Assembly (NCBI GenBank): GCA_964016885.1
Contig: OZ024763.1
Coordinates: 23,746,001 to 23,810,000, forward strand
DNA: 64,000 nt
Direction of reading: 5' to 3'
From: Eledone cirrhosa
Lineage: Eukaryota
The first letter of the stretch is position 1. Each line of letters begins with the position of its first letter. The translations under genes were made by a program, and so were the position numbers. The notes under the pieces were generated by a model that ran no database searches, had not been told where the DNA came from, and saw only the letters and a list, made by a program, of their open reading frames with translations. This document shows positions 33,231-53,118 of the stretch, piece by piece.

Positions 33231-34420
33231 ACTACTGGGGTCGACTAGAAAAGCTGAAACTTTTCTATTTAATTTTGGTTGTAATTCTTTTATGTTTATT
33301 GCTTCTGTAATTTGTCTAAACATTGCATCTTTTCTGTGTGTAGATTCTATTTTTATTTCTATGTTCTCTAATTTACCCTTGTGTTCTATCTTAGCATGTT
33401 GGTAGAGTACAGATGATTCTTTATTATCTTGAAGGTCTCGCCAGTGTTCATTTATCCGTTCCCCTATACTACGAGCTGTCTCACCTATGTACACTATATT
33501 TTTGTCTCTATATTGTCGTTCAGTACATCTTATGCTATACACTACATTTCTAGTTTTACAGTTAATATGGGGGCTTATTTTACAGGTTATACATTTCTTA
33601 TCTATACATGAGGGTCTTTGAAAAGGGTATGTCTTGCTAATAAGTGTTTTTACGGAGGTACCTGGTCTTTCTACTATCTTAATATTGAGTTTATGTTTAT
33701 TTAGGGCCCTTCTAAATTTGTAGGCTAGTTCGCCTCTAGGGGTTGTATCGATGAACATTACACTCTGGTAGTTATTGCTATCATACCATGAGTTTATTCT
33801 ATTAGCCTTGTTCCTAGTTCTTTCTATTCTATTCCAAAATTTGCTCCTATACAAGGGTCAGGTCCCATTTATGTCATTATTTACCATTTTTTTCCCATTT
33901 GGTTCTGGCTCCTCTATACACTCTGATTCTATCTCTCTGATTGTAGCCAGAGAACAGCATACGGTGGATAGGGTAGATAACAACAATGAGCCAGTGGAAA
34001 GAGACAGGAGTAATTATGAGAGACATAGAAACAACCATGAGGCTGTTGGTGGAAATAGAAATAGAAACAACACAACTAACAATAACAATAGCACTAGTAC
34101 ACATAAAGCAGCAGCCTGGAACTCTCCGTTTTATAATCCCTCCGATAAATCATTCGACCTGCGACGAGTCCACGCCACGACTTTACCATTTAACAAACGC
34201 ACGCAATTGCCGTCGCAGGTCGATGAACAAACAGAAGCACAATTTAGTATAGCTAGATCCGAACTTAGAAATATTATAGAACAGTATAGCAAGAAGCATA
34301 ATAGAATGGAGGCCCAGCAACTGGGAGAAAAATCTGCAAATGGCTTGCGTAAGCTCATGCAGCGCTCGCGTAATGGAGAGATAGCATGCTTTCCAACAGA
34401 CAAGTCTGGAAGAATGTCGG

Positions 34421-35611
34421 TTGACAGCCTGCCAAACTACATCCAGGCAATGCAACCCCCACATCACTAACACAAGAGAGGTAACACCACAGGAGCATGA
34501 GGATAGAGAAAAAGCCCTCAATGCCCATATGGTGATGTGGACGAATATAATGCAGCCCAACAAAAGGACTGCCAACAACTTCCAGGCCTGGAACAATGAC
34601 GTGCCAGCGTTGTATGGGCTTCGAAAAGACCATAAAACGGGCTGTGACCCTGTCGCGGGACCACCAACACGGCCAGTCTGTGGAGTCATTGCTAGTAACT
34701 ACAGACTGTCCTACTTCCTCTCCCTGATCATACGCCCCATCATTGAAATGTCCCCAGATGTATGTGACAGCACGGAGGACCTCCTCAGCAGAATCGGCGT
34801 GAGTAACCGATCTGGGGACCTAACAAACTGCATAATAGGCAGTATGGATGTTGTGTCCCTGTATCCATCTATTGACGTGGATTTTGCTGTGGAGAAATGC
34901 GTAGAAATGATCAGTGAGAGCAAGGTTGAGTTCCGTGGGATTGATACCAGTGAGCTGGGACTTCTACTTAAGCTTACCTATAGTAATAGTTACCTAGACA
35001 CATATGACCTTAGCAACCTGTGCCCTACAAGACCAGCAAGAGGCAGACCACCTACCATTACCTCAATGGCCAAGAAAACCCACACAGATAGATGGAACGG
35101 GTGGACCAGAGCCATACGGACACCCGAAAACCACGATGAACTGAAGAAAATGATTGCACATGCGGTAGGGGCCAGCATAAAACTAACCCTTAAGGAACAT
35201 ATGATCAAATTTAATGGAAAAACATATGCCCAAGAGGAAGGAGCAGCCATTGGTGTTAGCATTGCAGGCGACATAGCTAACTTATTCATGGTATGGTGGG
35301 ACAGTAGACTTAAACAAAAACTTAAAGAACAATTAGAAGACCCCTTAACCCTGATAATGTACTCCTGCTACGTAGATGATATAAACATCGTAGTTAAGAC
35401 ACCCCCACTAGAGAACAGTCAGGAACTAGAGAAAAACACGATGGAAAGCATCCAGCAAATAGCAAACTCCATCCACCAGAGCATTAGAGTTACTATAGAC
35501 TACCCAAGTAGACACCCCAACCATCGATTACCTGTACTAGACACAGAGCTCTGGTTAGATACCATTAACAACAAAAAACAAATCCTCCATTCCCATTATG
35601 CCAACCCATGA
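34421..35611 (+). pseudogene. PLE reverse transcriptase (frameshifted segment)
   Basis: LYGLRKDHK, RPV, SMDVVSLYPSI, QEEGAAIG, YVDD, LPVLD. Confidence 0.9.
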
Positions 35612-36498
35612 CTTCCAAACACCTGATCCACCGAAACTCGGCCATTTCGGACCATACCAAAATCAACATACTGATTGCGGATTTGGTACGGGTGATAAGA
35701 AATGTGTCCCGCATGTGCAACCCCGAAGAACTAGAGAGACACATACAACACTTCATCCACCGTATGCAGTTCTCTGGCTACAATCAGAGAGATAGAATCA
35801 GAGTGTATAGAGGAGCCAGAATCAGATGGGAAAAAATGGTAAATAATGACATAAATGGGACCTGCCCCTTGTATAGGAGCAAATTTTGGAATAGAATAGA
35901 AAGAACTAGGAACAAGGCTAATAGAATAAACTCATGGTATGATAGCAATAAATACCAGAGTGTAATGTTCATCGATACAACCCCTAGAGGCGAACTAGCC
36001 TACAAATTTAGAAGGGCCCTAAATAAACATAAACTCAATATTAAGATAGTAGAAAGACCAGGTACCTCCGTAAAAACACTTATTAGCAAGACATACCCTT
36101 TTCAAAGACCCTCATGTATAGATAAGAAATGTATAACCTGTAAAATAAGCCCCCATATTAACTGTAAAACTAGAAATGTAGTGTATAGCATAAGATGTAC
36201 TGAAGGACAATGTAGAGACGAAAATATAGTGTACATAGGTGAGACAGCTCGTAGTATAGGGGAACGGATAAATGAACACTGGCGAGACCTTCAAGATAAT
36301 AAAGAATCATCTGTACTCTACCAACATGCTAAGATAGAACACAAGGGTAAATTAGAGAACATAGAAATAAAAATAGAATCTACACAGAGAAAAGATGCAA
36401 TGTTTAGACAAATTACAGAGACAATAAACATAAAAGAATTACAACCAAAATTAAATAGAAAATATGAGTGGAACGGCAACATCACAACTTACAATTAG
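35608..36498 (+). pseudogene. PLE thumb/linker plus GIY-YIG endonuclease
   Basis: Cys-rich linker, NVVYSIRC..VYIGETARSIGERINEH, RQITE. Confidence 0.9.
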
Positions 36499-36710
36499 GG
36501 ACAAAATGAAAACCCACACACACATAGAAGAAACAACCAACCAGTAACATGTAAATAAATAAATAAATAAACAAATAGATAAATGAACATAAACAGACAC
36601 AGACACCCGGGTGTGGCGCATGCGCAGGCTGAGCACACAACACACACACAGAAACAAAATGGCGTAGGACAGAACAAAGGAGAGGCACAGAAACAAAGAA
36701 AGGAATTCCC

Positions 36711-36755
36711 AGTCACTGAAGAGGTCACAGAGTGTGTGACGAAAGGACTATGACT
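36711..36755 (+). ncRNA. Type I hammerhead in PLE 3' UTR (family D)
   Basis: AGTCA-CTGAAGA-G-GTCAC/GTGAC-GAAA-GGAC-TA-TGACT. Confidence 0.85.
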
Positions 36756-36959
36756 ATATATAAACAACTATCTGGTTGTGGAACCAACCAACCAACCAGA
36801 AATTTATAAATTTGTAAATTTATAAATGTATAATAAATTGAAGTGAAACAACTGGTGCGTGTGTTTCTTATTGGCAACATGACCCTCCCAAAGTATAACA
36901 ATATCGGTTTCAACACACGATTTCAGATAAAGAATCTTGCTAAAAAAATTCAGAAACGA

Positions 36960-37463
<504 letters not shown>

Positions 37464-37466
37464 AAT

Positions 37467-37497
<31 letters not shown>

Positions 37498-37533
37498 AAT
37501 ATATATATATAAATATATAAATATATATATATA

Positions 37534-37653
<120 letters not shown>

Positions 37654-37670
37654 AATATATATATATATAA

Positions 37671-37729
<59 letters not shown>

Positions 37730-37763
37730 AATATATATATATATCTATATATATATATATATA

Positions 37764-37855
<92 letters not shown>

Positions 37856-37866
37856 TATATATATAA

Positions 37867-37931
<65 letters not shown>

Positions 37932-37934
<3 letters not shown>

Positions 37935-40642
37935 GAACCAGTAAGACCCCGACAGCTGAGCTCAAGCCGTTTCGACGGCTAATTCTGGACTAAATGAAAA
38001 TTTATCCTGGTATTTAAATAGCCGATCTTCTCAAGGGGTAATTCCATATATGGTCAAAGTGATTGTCAAAAATCAGTAGTAATTCTGTGGTTGCAAATTA
38101 GTAGGGGAGATGGTGGCTAAACCTGCCAGTAGGAGAAAGAGGGGAGGGGGTGGAGTAAACCCAATCAAGCGTTGGTAGTGCCAGCTACAGCTGGGCATGA
38201 GGTCAAAGAAGATACAGGGGAGGGGGAGGGGGAGGAAGTTGGAACGGTAGGTAGAACAATGGGGGGTAGAAATATATAGGAAAGAAAAAATACTGAGAGT
38301 GAAGAAAAGCAAATAAGTGTAAAGAAAAAAGTAAAGTAAATTAAATTCTACGACCTAGGTGTCAGGCTATTGTTAGGCTAGAATAAAATAAAGAAAGAAA
38401 GAAAGAAAGAAGTAAATAAATAAATAAATAAATAACGAAATAAGTAAAAGAACTAGGTGGGACGGAATAGGCAAGGACCCTTTTAAGAGGTATAAGTACG
38501 TAAATGATACGGTGACGGGTCAACAAAAGGGGCCAAAATACTAAAGAGACTACCACGAAATAAACAATAAAGGTTTCCATCCCGGGCCAGCAACGACCCA
38601 GTGCAGCAAAGTGAACTTGTACGAGATAATAATTCTGAGTCCCGAGAAAAATATACTAATGCTAACTCTAAAAGATCTAAAACAAGCTACATGAAAGTTC
38701 GTACGAAATAAAGGTAGAATACGGAGAAATAAATTCAGAATCCACCCCGCCCAAAAGAAAAGCGAAGAAAGAAATACTGAAACGAAAAAATAAGGCATAA
38801 GTGCCACTAAGAAATATAGAGGGCACAGAGAAAAGTGGGAGCGGTCGGAAAAAGGGGGCAAGTATCCGGGGTCTAAGCCAACTGTTATAAAGGGCGGAGT
38901 CCGCCAAATCTATCATAGACTAGGGGAGGGGGTGGTGGGGGTACTAAGGCTACATGGGGCCAAAAGGCAGCCTCGGGTGGGCGAGAAAAGACGCCGACAA
39001 AGGAGAAGAGCTGGGGTAGAAGGACAAAGGAGAGAGGGGGGAAGGAAATAAAGGAAGCGATAAAAGAATACAAAGAAGATCTTACGTCTTCCTTGGCAAG
39101 CAGGGGTTACCCATTGCAAAATCGGCAAGTGCGGTGTTATAGCCCTAGTCTACCCCCCCCCCCCCGGTCATTATGGGGTTTGAGGGCGAGGTAAGTCCTA
39201 CGCAATCTATGTTTACATGCAGTAACCAGTTCATCTTTCTTGTTTAGGAGTTGGTCCGTCGAAAACAGCATTTGTAAAGTTTCCTCCGAGCATAAATTGC
39301 ACGGACGGCGTCCTCCCGTGTAAGAATTGTCTCTGGACAGTAATCTCCAAGTGAGATCATAGGTGATATTGTTGTCCTTGAGGTCCCATATGTGGCCCGA
39401 AAGTGTAGTGGCGTGACGCCGGGCCGGGTTTCGGAAGGTATGTCTATGTTGGTATAGCCGGGTCTTGAAGTCACATGCGGTAAGTCCTATATAGGCTTTG
39501 TTGGAGGTATCCGTCCTCACGTTGCACTGGTAGATCACATTACGGTCTCTGCATCTATTGTCGAGTGGGCAAATAGATCTATCCGGGCAGTTACACCTCC
39601 TGGTCGGTTCTCCACTGCTATTTAGGTTATTTCTGCCATCGGGGTTGAGTTTTTGTTGTCAGAGGAGACGATGTTTTGTGCGAAGTTTGGTGTAGTGCTG
39701 TAAGAGAGTTTGATGGTATTTTTGTTAATTATGTTGTGGTAGCGGTGTTGTAATGGGAAGTGTTTTTCAATGAGCCTAAAGAATAGTTTCCCAATGGGAG
39801 TAGTCACCTCTGCGTTGTGGGGAGGATTGAACCATGTTACATTGCGTGAGCGGCGGTGTCTCCTGCTGGTTCCGCTAATGGGAGCTGGACAGTAGGATAT
39901 TTCCTCCCGGGAACCACTCCGCTTGAGGGTCTGGTTGTAATAAGGCGCATGTTCATCGAATATCCGCTCATTAGCTGACAAACGGGATATGCGGAGGGAG
40001 ATGTTTTTGACCAGGTTGTTTGTGATGTTCCTAGGATGGTTTGATCGGCGGTGGATGTAGTGCAGATTGTCATTAGGTTTCCTGTATGGGTAGTACAGGT
40101 CGTTTTCGAGGTCGAGGGTCACGTCCAGGAAGTTTACTCGGGTCAGGGACGTTTGTAGGGTTATTTTAAATCCCCAGTCACGGAAGAATCTGATTAATTG
40201 TTTCCGGACCCGATCTGTACTACTGGGGTTGTACCCTTTAAGGGTAAGGAGCCCATCATCACGGTACAATCCACCACCGAATGCAGGAAACATATCAGTG
40301 AGTTTGGCTATTAGGAATAATCCTATAAGATCTGTGACCTCCGCCGAATCCGTGGCGCCCATGCTGACGTCGAAGGGTGAGTCGGGAGCTCTTTTATCCA
40401 TTTAGAGTCGTCAAAGAGTAAGACTGTCTTCCTGGCGTGGAGGATGATTTTTCTTTCCTGGTCGGTGATGGGCACAAGTGTTTCGGCGAAGTCCAAGGCG
40501 GCAGTAAGTAGCGGTAAGGTGATTGAAGCATAGTAGCTCTCAATGTCGAACTGTATGAATTTAGTTTCTCGTTTATCCTCCATATTGCTGAACCAGGAGA
40601 TTACTTCCTGGGTGTTGATCCATAGGCCAAGTCGGGTGTGTT
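37932..40642 (-). mobile_element. 5'-truncated Penelope-like element (YRDD RT plus GIY-YIG) with ~1.2-kb 3' UTR
   Basis: FIQFDIESYYASI, FDVSMGA, GLYRDDGL, VNFLD, IYQC..YIGLT; frameshift near 40400 and disruption near 39622. Confidence 0.9.
37946..38039 (-). ncRNA. Type I hammerhead, U3:A8 variant (family B)
   Basis: Reverse complement of 11125-11218. Confidence 0.75.
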
Positions 40643-40658
40643 GCTATATAATATATAT

Positions 40659-40690
<32 letters not shown>

Positions 40691-40819
40691 ATATATATAT
40701 ATAATATATATATATATATAATATATATATATATATATAATATATATATATAATATATATATATAATATATATATATAATATATATATATAATATATATA
40801 TATAATATATATATATAAT

Positions 40820-40921
<102 letters not shown>

Positions 40922-41059
40922 TATATAATATATATATAATATATATATATAATATATATACATATATATATAATATATATATATATAATATATATATATA
41001 TATGTATAATATATATATATATATAAAATATATATATATAATATATATATATATATAAT

Positions 41060-41091
<32 letters not shown>

Positions 41092-42618
41092 CATGGAAAG
41101 TTATATTTAAATTGTTGGGTTACAACTAGTAAATATTTATAACTGATATAAAAGCACTCAACAAGTATTTGGAGTATATTTACGATATTAAATAAATGGA
41201 AACTATATTTATAAAACCATATTTATTTCATTATATATATTTCAGGGATATCATATTAACAATATGCTATGCCTTCCTCAGACAAAATACAATATAGACA
41301 GTTTTATAGATAAATAGATTTGACATACCGTTCAACATCGACTTGTATTTGAAAAGTTGATATGGCAGTGAAAATTGTAAACAGAAAGAAAGAAAGAGAG
41401 AAAGAAGGAAAGAAAGAAAAGAAAGAAAGAAAACGAAGAAAAAGAAGAAAAAGAAGAAATGCATGTAACAAAATAGAGAGATGGAAAGATAGATAAAGAG
41501 AAGAACTTCATGTAAAGAAACAGAGAGAGATATATATAGAGAGAGGAAATAGATAGAGATAGATATATAGAGAGAAAAGTAAGTAGTTGGACATCCGTTG
41601 AATAAACGTATCAATGATACATTTATTTATTTATTTATTTATTTAGCTCTAGTATTAATGTAAGGGAGATATATGTGGTTAGGAGAGAAACCAGCTGTTA
41701 TATATAGAGAAAAATGAAAAGTAACCAGACATAGGCGAGGCATAAAAACCCTATGTTTTAATGTAGAAGTATTAGTATGTATAAAAACCAGGCACTATAA
41801 TGTAAATATCAGTATTCCTGAATGAGACACGTATCCATAATGTGTGAAAAGTAATGATCTTATGTTTAGTTTTAAAAATTCATATGTTTATATGATAACT
41901 ACAAACATCGATGTGAATTTACGTGATCAACTCTGCAAACCCCAATTTCACACGGAGAACATTCTCATTGTGCTATAAAAATTTAAGTATACATATATGT
42001 GTATATATATACACATATATATAGAGTCTATATTAATTTTAACAATACTATTCTTGTCATTACTCTACATGATTATCTATCAAGCAGAAATAGAGAACAG
42101 ATTTCAATATATTAATAAAAAAAATATCAGAAACAAAAACAAAAAACTAATAATAATAATAATAATAAATAATAATAAAATAGAAAGCTAAAAAATATTA
42201 CGAAAAAATATTACATATTAAAAATAAAAATATTAGAAAATACTACAATAATAAAAAAAAAAATAAACCACAAATATCAACCCTTCAAAGTTAATTGACA
42301 ATATATTGCCAAGTTCATTATAAGCATCAGAGTCGAAAACAGATAAAGCTAAAAATTATTTATCAAATCGCGTCTAGCAAAAATCATTTCAAAAAGTTTA
42401 GGATGCCCATTTGGTGTACATGTGTTCTTATATTTAATATAGAAGTTTATCTAGTGTAACGTTTATTCAAAAAATTTGGAGCATCAACTTTTAGGGTAGT
42501 TTAATTTTTCATGAAGAATGTTTAAATAAAAATAAAAAAATAAAAAGAAGAATAAAAAGAAGAAATCGAAAGATTTATCGGCTAGTTTCCCAAATAATTA
42601 TAAATCAAACTAAATATA

Positions 42619-44222
42619 CTACATTTTAAATTTAAATTTATATTTAAAAGTTGAATTTAATCTATGTCTGCAGCAACTGAATAAATTTGTCCGTAGATTA
42701 AGGGAATTTTTAGATTTTAGTATAAAGAATATCTCCTCTGCGCAGAGGTCACATGTCTCAGAGGATGAATTAAAAGGAATCCTCTTGAGACTATATTCCA
42801 AGCCGTCGAATATCTAGCGTTATCTAGCTTAAGTTGCCAGAGTACGCCTGATAGTGCTGTTGAAGATTTTTTGCTTGGATCTGTGAAAGAATTCTTGTGG
42901 TTATTATAGCGAAGTTTAAATTCCGTCGATGTGGAACCGACGTAGTTAAAAGAATTAGAGTCAGTTTTAACATTACAATTGTATATTATATTTTTAACTA
43001 AGCAGTTGTTATTTAACGGACATTTAGATCTATCTCTACAGTTACATTTGTTAACTTGTATATTATTTATGCTATTACCACTAGGTTTTAAGTTCCTATT
43101 ATTTATTCTATTAATATTTTGTGCTAAATTTTTGGTGGATGAGTAGGTTAATTTTATAGTATGTCTATTGAAAATTGAGTGATACCTATGTGTTCTAGGG
43201 AAGCGATTATCAAGAGCTTTAAAAAATAGTTTAGCGATGTGGGTTTTAATGTTTAGTGAGAAAGGGGGGGGGGGCAAACCAAATTATGTTCCTAGTTCTA
43301 TTTCTTTTTTGGCTTTTGGAATTATTGTAATGCTTTCTATTATAGTTGTTAAGGTTGTTGCCGTAATTAAAATAGTTGTTATTTTGTTTAGTTTGTCTAT
43401 CATTATCTATGTACATAATCTTATCACTATATCCTGCTCTAGCTAACGCTTCATTGTAGTACTGGGCTTTTTCGTCGAAAATCTTTCTATTAGACGAGAT
43501 TCTAGAGATACGTTTTTGAACAGAGTTTACTATAGTGTTTTTGACAGATCTGGGGTGGTTAGAGTTAAAGCTGACATAGTTTAAGTTTTCATTCAACTTC
43601 CGAAAAGGATAGTGAAGACATGTGTTGAGATTTAATGTTATATCTAGGAAATTGACTATTCTATGGTTGTTCTCAATTTCTATTTTAAGATTAAAGTAAT
43701 TAAAAAATTGTGTAATTTGTTTACTTTTTCTATTTAGTTCAGAGTTATTATTATCAATAAGTAAAAGCATGTCATCTCTATATAAACCTCCGGTAGTACC
43801 AGGTATTTTCCTATGTAGCGAATTGATTAAAAATAAGCCCACAAGGTCAGTTACCTGAGCTGAGTCGGATGATCCCATAGTAATGTCAAAATTGCTATCT
43901 CTATCTGCTCTGGTCCATAGTTGGTCATTAAATTCTATCAATGTTTTCCTAGCCGATAATATAATGTGCATTTCATTGCTAGTTAGGTCTGTATGTTTGA
44001 ATGCGTAATTTAGTGCCTTATTTAGTAGATTAGTGGTTATAGAAGAATAATAGTTAGCAATATCAAGTTGAATAAACTTATTATTATTGTTATATTTAAT
44101 TTGCTTAAACCACTCAACAACCTCTCCAGTTCCCTTCCACAAGCTCAGGTTAGGTAAACAATCCAAGTTCTTAATTTGCTGTATCACCCTGTCAAGAATG
44201 TTTTTGCTTAATTTGCCCAGCC
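42619..44222 (-). mobile_element. 5'-truncated Penelope-like element (YRDD RT plus GIY-YIG), AT-rich family
   Basis: FIQLDIANYYSSI, FDITMGS, GLYRDD, CNCR..CPL, IIYNC..YVGST; frameshift at poly-G ~43263-43274. Confidence 0.9.
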
Positions 44223-44276
44223 TCATCCGACTCAGCTCAGGTAACTGACCTTGTGGGCTTATTTTTAATCAATTCG

Positions 44277-45491
<1,215 letters not shown>

Positions 45492-45492
45492 C

Positions 45493-45569
<77 letters not shown>

Positions 45570-45570
45570 C

Positions 45571-45614
<44 letters not shown>

Positions 45615-45633
45615 GTATATATATATATATATT

Positions 45634-45811
<178 letters not shown>

Positions 45812-45817
45812 CATATG

Positions 45818-45849
<32 letters not shown>

Positions 45850-45850
45850 C

Positions 45851-45885
<35 letters not shown>

Positions 45886-45904
45886 CATATATACATATAT
45901 ATAT

Positions 45905-46015
<111 letters not shown>

Positions 46016-46034
46016 CATATATATATATACATAC

Positions 46035-46067
<33 letters not shown>

Positions 46068-46114
46068 CATATATATATACATATATATATATACATATAT
46101 ATATACATATATAC

Positions 46115-46147
<33 letters not shown>

Positions 46148-46164
46148 CATATATACATATATAC

Positions 46165-46223
<59 letters not shown>

Positions 46224-46275
46224 TACATATATATACATATATATATACATATATATACATATATATATACATATA

Positions 46276-46475
46276 NNNNNNNNNNNNNNNNNNNNNNNNN
46301 NNNNNNNNNNNNNNNNNNNNNNNNNNNNNNNNNNNNNNNNNNNNNNNNNNNNNNNNNNNNNNNNNNNNNNNNNNNNNNNNNNNNNNNNNNNNNNNNNNNN
46401 NNNNNNNNNNNNNNNNNNNNNNNNNNNNNNNNNNNNNNNNNNNNNNNNNNNNNNNNNNNNNNNNNNNNNNNNNNN
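46276..46475. other. Assembly gap (200 N)
   Basis: Run of N. Confidence 1.
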
Positions 46476-48645
<2,170 letters not shown>

Positions 48646-48682
48646 CATATGTATATATATATATATATTTATATATATATAC

Positions 48683-48715
<33 letters not shown>

Positions 48716-48760
48716 CATATATACATATATATATATACATATATACATATATATATATAC

Positions 48761-48806
<46 letters not shown>

Positions 48807-48909
48807 GACATATATATATATATACATACATATATATATACATATATATATATACATATATATATACATATATACATATATATATACATATATATATATA
48901 CATATATAC

Positions 48910-48962
<53 letters not shown>

Positions 48963-49027
48963 CATATATATACATATATATACATATATATATACATATA
49001 TATACATATATATATACATATATATAC

Positions 49028-49466
<439 letters not shown>

Positions 49467-49563
49467 CATATATATATACATATATATATACATATATATA
49501 TATATACATATACATATATATACATATATACATATATATATACATATATACATATATATATAC

Positions 49564-49614
<51 letters not shown>

Positions 49615-49629
49615 TACATATATATATAC

Positions 49630-49978
<349 letters not shown>

Positions 49979-50076
49979 CACACATATATATATATATATA
50001 TACTCTTTTACTCTTTTACCTGTTTCAGCCATCCGGCTGAGGCCATGCTGGGGCACCGCCCTTGTTGCTACACATT

Positions 50077-53000
50077 TTATCTCCAGCCTGCATAGGTTGG
50101 CCACTGGTGTAGGAGGGAGTTTGTTGCTGCTGCCCTTAGGTTTCCCTCGTGTCTTGCTGTGGGCTCATCCGGGATCCTGGATAACAAGGTGTCGAGATGT
50201 TTCTTAAAGACATCCACCTCCACGTCATGCAAGTCTCGCAGATGCCTCGGCAGCCTGTTGAAGAGTTGAGGGCCCTTGAATCCCAGGCTATTGCAATACC
50301 TGCTCCTTATTCTAGATGTGGAAGACGGGACCTTTGGCACCACACAGTGACGTCCTGTTCGACGGTTGGTCCAGCTCCCAATGCCAAAGTTTGGTGCTAG
50401 TCCCTCCAGGATTTTCCACATGTAGATCACTGCGTATCTCTCCCGTCTTCGCTCCAAGGAGTAGAGGTTCAGTTCCTTCAGCCTCTCCCAGTAGCTTGTC
50501 TCCCTCATCTTGGCAATCCTCTTGGTGTTGCTTCGCTGGATTGCCCCAAGCTCTGTGGTTAGTTTGACACTATGGGGTGACCACAGCTGGGAGCAGTAGT
50601 CCAGGCGGCTTAGGACAAAAGTCCTCCACAGTGTCAACATGGTGTCTCGATCTCTTGTAAGGAAAGTCCTCAAGATCCAGCCAGCGAATCGTCTACATGC
50701 TGTCGCCACCTTCACGATGTGTGAAGAAAAAGATGCATCATCGCTCATGTCTATGCCCAGGTCTCGTATCGATTTTGACACGAGGATATCGGTCCCTCCT
50801 GGTCCTGTGTAGCTGTGTTCCGCTATATTTGTGTTTGTGTTTGCAGGTTTGTATTGTAGGGCTTGGAATTTGCCAGCATTAAACTGCATGTTGTTTTCTT
50901 CCGCCCATCTGTATATGGCATCCAGATCCTGCTGTAAGAGGGCAGCGTCAGCCGGGTTTTTGATTGCCTGTGCTACCTTAGTGTCATCAGCATAGCTAGT
51001 GAGGGATGTTGTTGCATGTACCACAGAGGGCATGTCCGAGAGAGCCACCAAAAACAGTAGTGGTCCCAGGACTGTCCCCTGAGGCACCCCACTTGTTATC
51101 GGTGTTTCCCTCGAGAGGGCCCCATTTGCTGCGACTGCCTGGCTTCTGTCCCTCAGGAAGCCATGCAGCCACTCACCTACTTTTCCAGTTATGCCGAGTG
51201 CGTGTAGTTTGTGACATATCATTCCGTGGTCGACCTTGTCAAAGGCCTTCGCAAAGTCAAGATATATCACGTCTACATGTGAGCTGTCTAGTAGCTGTCT
51301 CAGTACCCAGTCGTAGTGATGTAGCAGCTGTGTAAGGCAGCTTCTTCCTGGGCGGAAGCCATGTTGCGTGCTAGTCAGGCGGTCATTTTCTTCGAGGAAA
51401 GTGATTAGTTTCTTTCTGACGACTCGCTCCATGACCTTACTGATATGCGACGTCAGGGAGACTGGCCTATAGTTCTTGGCCTCCGCTCTACTACCTCCTT
51501 TATGGATAGGGCATATTGTGCCTTCTTTCAGCTCCCTGGGTAGTACACCGCTAGCCAAGGAGCTTCTGAAGAGCATCTTCAGTGGAGTTGCTAAGGCCCG
51601 CTTACATATTTTTAGGAGAACTGCTGGGAATCCATCAGGTCCAGCAGCCGAGTCTGTTCTAATTTCATCAATGGCGTACACCACATCCTCCTCCGTTATG
51701 TCTATGTGGTTGATGGTTGCCATTTCTTGATGTAGTGTTGTGGCATCAAAGAACTCCTCTGGCTTCGTTATTTGCATGTGCCTCAGTGGACATGTGAAGA
51801 CACTTTTGTACTGTTCGTTCAGTATTTCACATATCTCTTGGGGATTTTCGGTTAATGAACCGTCCGTGTGGAAGAGTGGTCCAATCTTGCAGTGTACTGA
51901 GGCAGTTTCTTTTGCAAATTTAAAGAAGGCCTTAGGGTTTGTTTTAATGTTTTCTATGGCCCTGTTCTCTTTCCTTGCCCTCTCATTCTCATGTGAAAGC
52001 TTGAGTGCAATCTCGGTGTCAAGTAGTGCACGTTTCAAATAGGATTCCTTCTTGTTTTGGTTTTGTTGACTATTCAACTGGTTTGAGAGTTTAGTTCTAC
52101 GTCTCATAAGGATTTTCCTATCTCTGGGAATAAGATTTTTGTGTCTGTTTGCCTCTTTCTCCGGGACACACTTTTTGCATATGGTGTGTATCGTTGTCAT
52201 GAAGTGTTGAAATTGTGTGTTAGTGTCTTGTGTGGCGATGTTTGCACTCCATGTTTGCTTCCGGATTTCACTCTTAATCTTCTTCCAGTCAGCCCCGTAG
52301 AAGTTAAGGCTGGATAGCGTCCCAGAGCTTCTTGGTGGTTTTGTCTCTGTTGGTTCTCTTGGACCACATATCATTAGCTCTACCAAGTTATGATCCGAGA
52401 GAATTGTTGGTGTCACCTTTACATTATGGATGAGCACTTCGTTGTTTGTAAAACAGAGGTCCAGGACATTTTCGCCTCTTGTTGGGAGGAGTATTGCTTG
52501 CTCCATGAACAGCCTGTGTGTGAGGGCCAGCAGGGATTCCGTCTGTCTCTGTTCTATTGACGTCATTCCAGGGAGGAGGTGGCCCTCAGGCCATTTGACC
52601 TTTGGTAGGTTGAAGTCTCCCAGCAGTAGGATGTTGAGACCCTGGTCCAGTTTGTCAAGGACCTCTTCTATCCTACTTAGGCTATCCTCAAATTTATCCT
52701 CATGACTGGGGGCATCGGGCGGCCGATATGTGACACATATTACCGTCTGTAGTTGCTTCATATGTATTATCAGTGTGTCACAGACTGAGTTTGAATGTGT
52801 CAACAGAACAATTGGTGTGACATCTTCACGGATATACAGAGCAACCCCACCATGAGTTCTCTCCTTCCTGTCCGAACGAAATACAGTATATTTCGGTATA
52901 TGTATTTCTGCATCTGCTATACTGCTTGTCAGGTGCGTTTCGGTTAGTGCCATGCATAGTGCTTGATTGCTTATGGCTAAGTCTCCCAGGTAGGAAATTT

Positions 53001-53118
53001 TACTCATGTTGCTGAGTTTCACCAGGCCCCTGACATTCAGCAGCAGCACTGGTGTGACTTTTGGGGTGCCAGTAATGGCTGTCGGTATGACACCTGGTCT
53101 GGTGTCAGCGGCGGCCAC
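50077..53118 (-). CDS. LINE ORF2: apurinic-like endonuclease plus reverse transcriptase, uninterrupted 1013 aa
   Basis: NVRGL, LTETHL, YRPP, GDFN, LDL, SDH; [30 protein letters not shown]. Confidence 0.95.
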   Translation of the reverse strand: MAAADTRPGVIPTAITGTPKVTPVLLLNVRGLVKLSNMSKISYLGDLAISNQALCMALTETHLTSSIADAEIHIPKYTVFRSDRKERTHGGVALYIREDVTPIVLLTHSNSVCDTLIIHMKQLQTVICVTYRPPDAPSHEDKFEDSLSRIEEVLDKLDQGLNILLLGDFNLPKVKWPEGHLLPGMTSIEQRQTESLLALTHRLFMEQAILLPTRGENVLDLCFTNNEVLIHNVKVTPTILSDHNLVELMICGPREPTETKPPRSSGTLSSLNFYGADWKKIKSEIRKQTWSANIATQDTNTQFQHFMTTIHTICKKCVPEKEANRHKNLIPRDRKILMRRRTKLSNQLNSQQNQNKKESYLKRALLDTEIALKLSHENERARKENRAIENIKTNPKAFFKFAKETASVHCKIGPLFHTDGSLTENPQEICEILNEQYKSVFTCPLRHMQITKPEEFFDATTLHQEMATINHIDITEEDVVYAIDEIRTDSAAGPDGFPAVLLKICKRALATPLKMLFRSSLASGVLPRELKEGTICPIHKGGSRAEAKNYRPVSLTSHISKVMERVVRKKLITFLEENDRLTSTQHGFRPGRSCLTQLLHHYDWVLRQLLDSSHVDVIYLDFAKAFDKVDHGMICHKLHALGITGKVGEWLHGFLRDRSQAVAANGALSRETPITSGVPQGTVLGPLLFLVALSDMPSVVHATTSLTSYADDTKVAQAIKNPADAALLQQDLDAIYRWAEENNMQFNAGKFQALQYKPANTNTNIAEHSYTGPGGTDILVSKSIRDLGIDMSDDASFSSHIVKVATACRRFAGWILRTFLTRDRDTMLTLWRTFVLSRLDYCSQLWSPHSVKLTTELGAIQRSNTKRIAKMRETSYWERLKELNLYSLERRRERYAVIYMWKILEGLAPNFGIGSWTNRRTGRHCVVPKVPSSTSRIRSRYCNSLGFKGPQLFNRLPRHLRDLHDVEVDVFKKHLDTLLSRIPDEPTARHEGNLRAAATNSLLHQWPTYAGWR

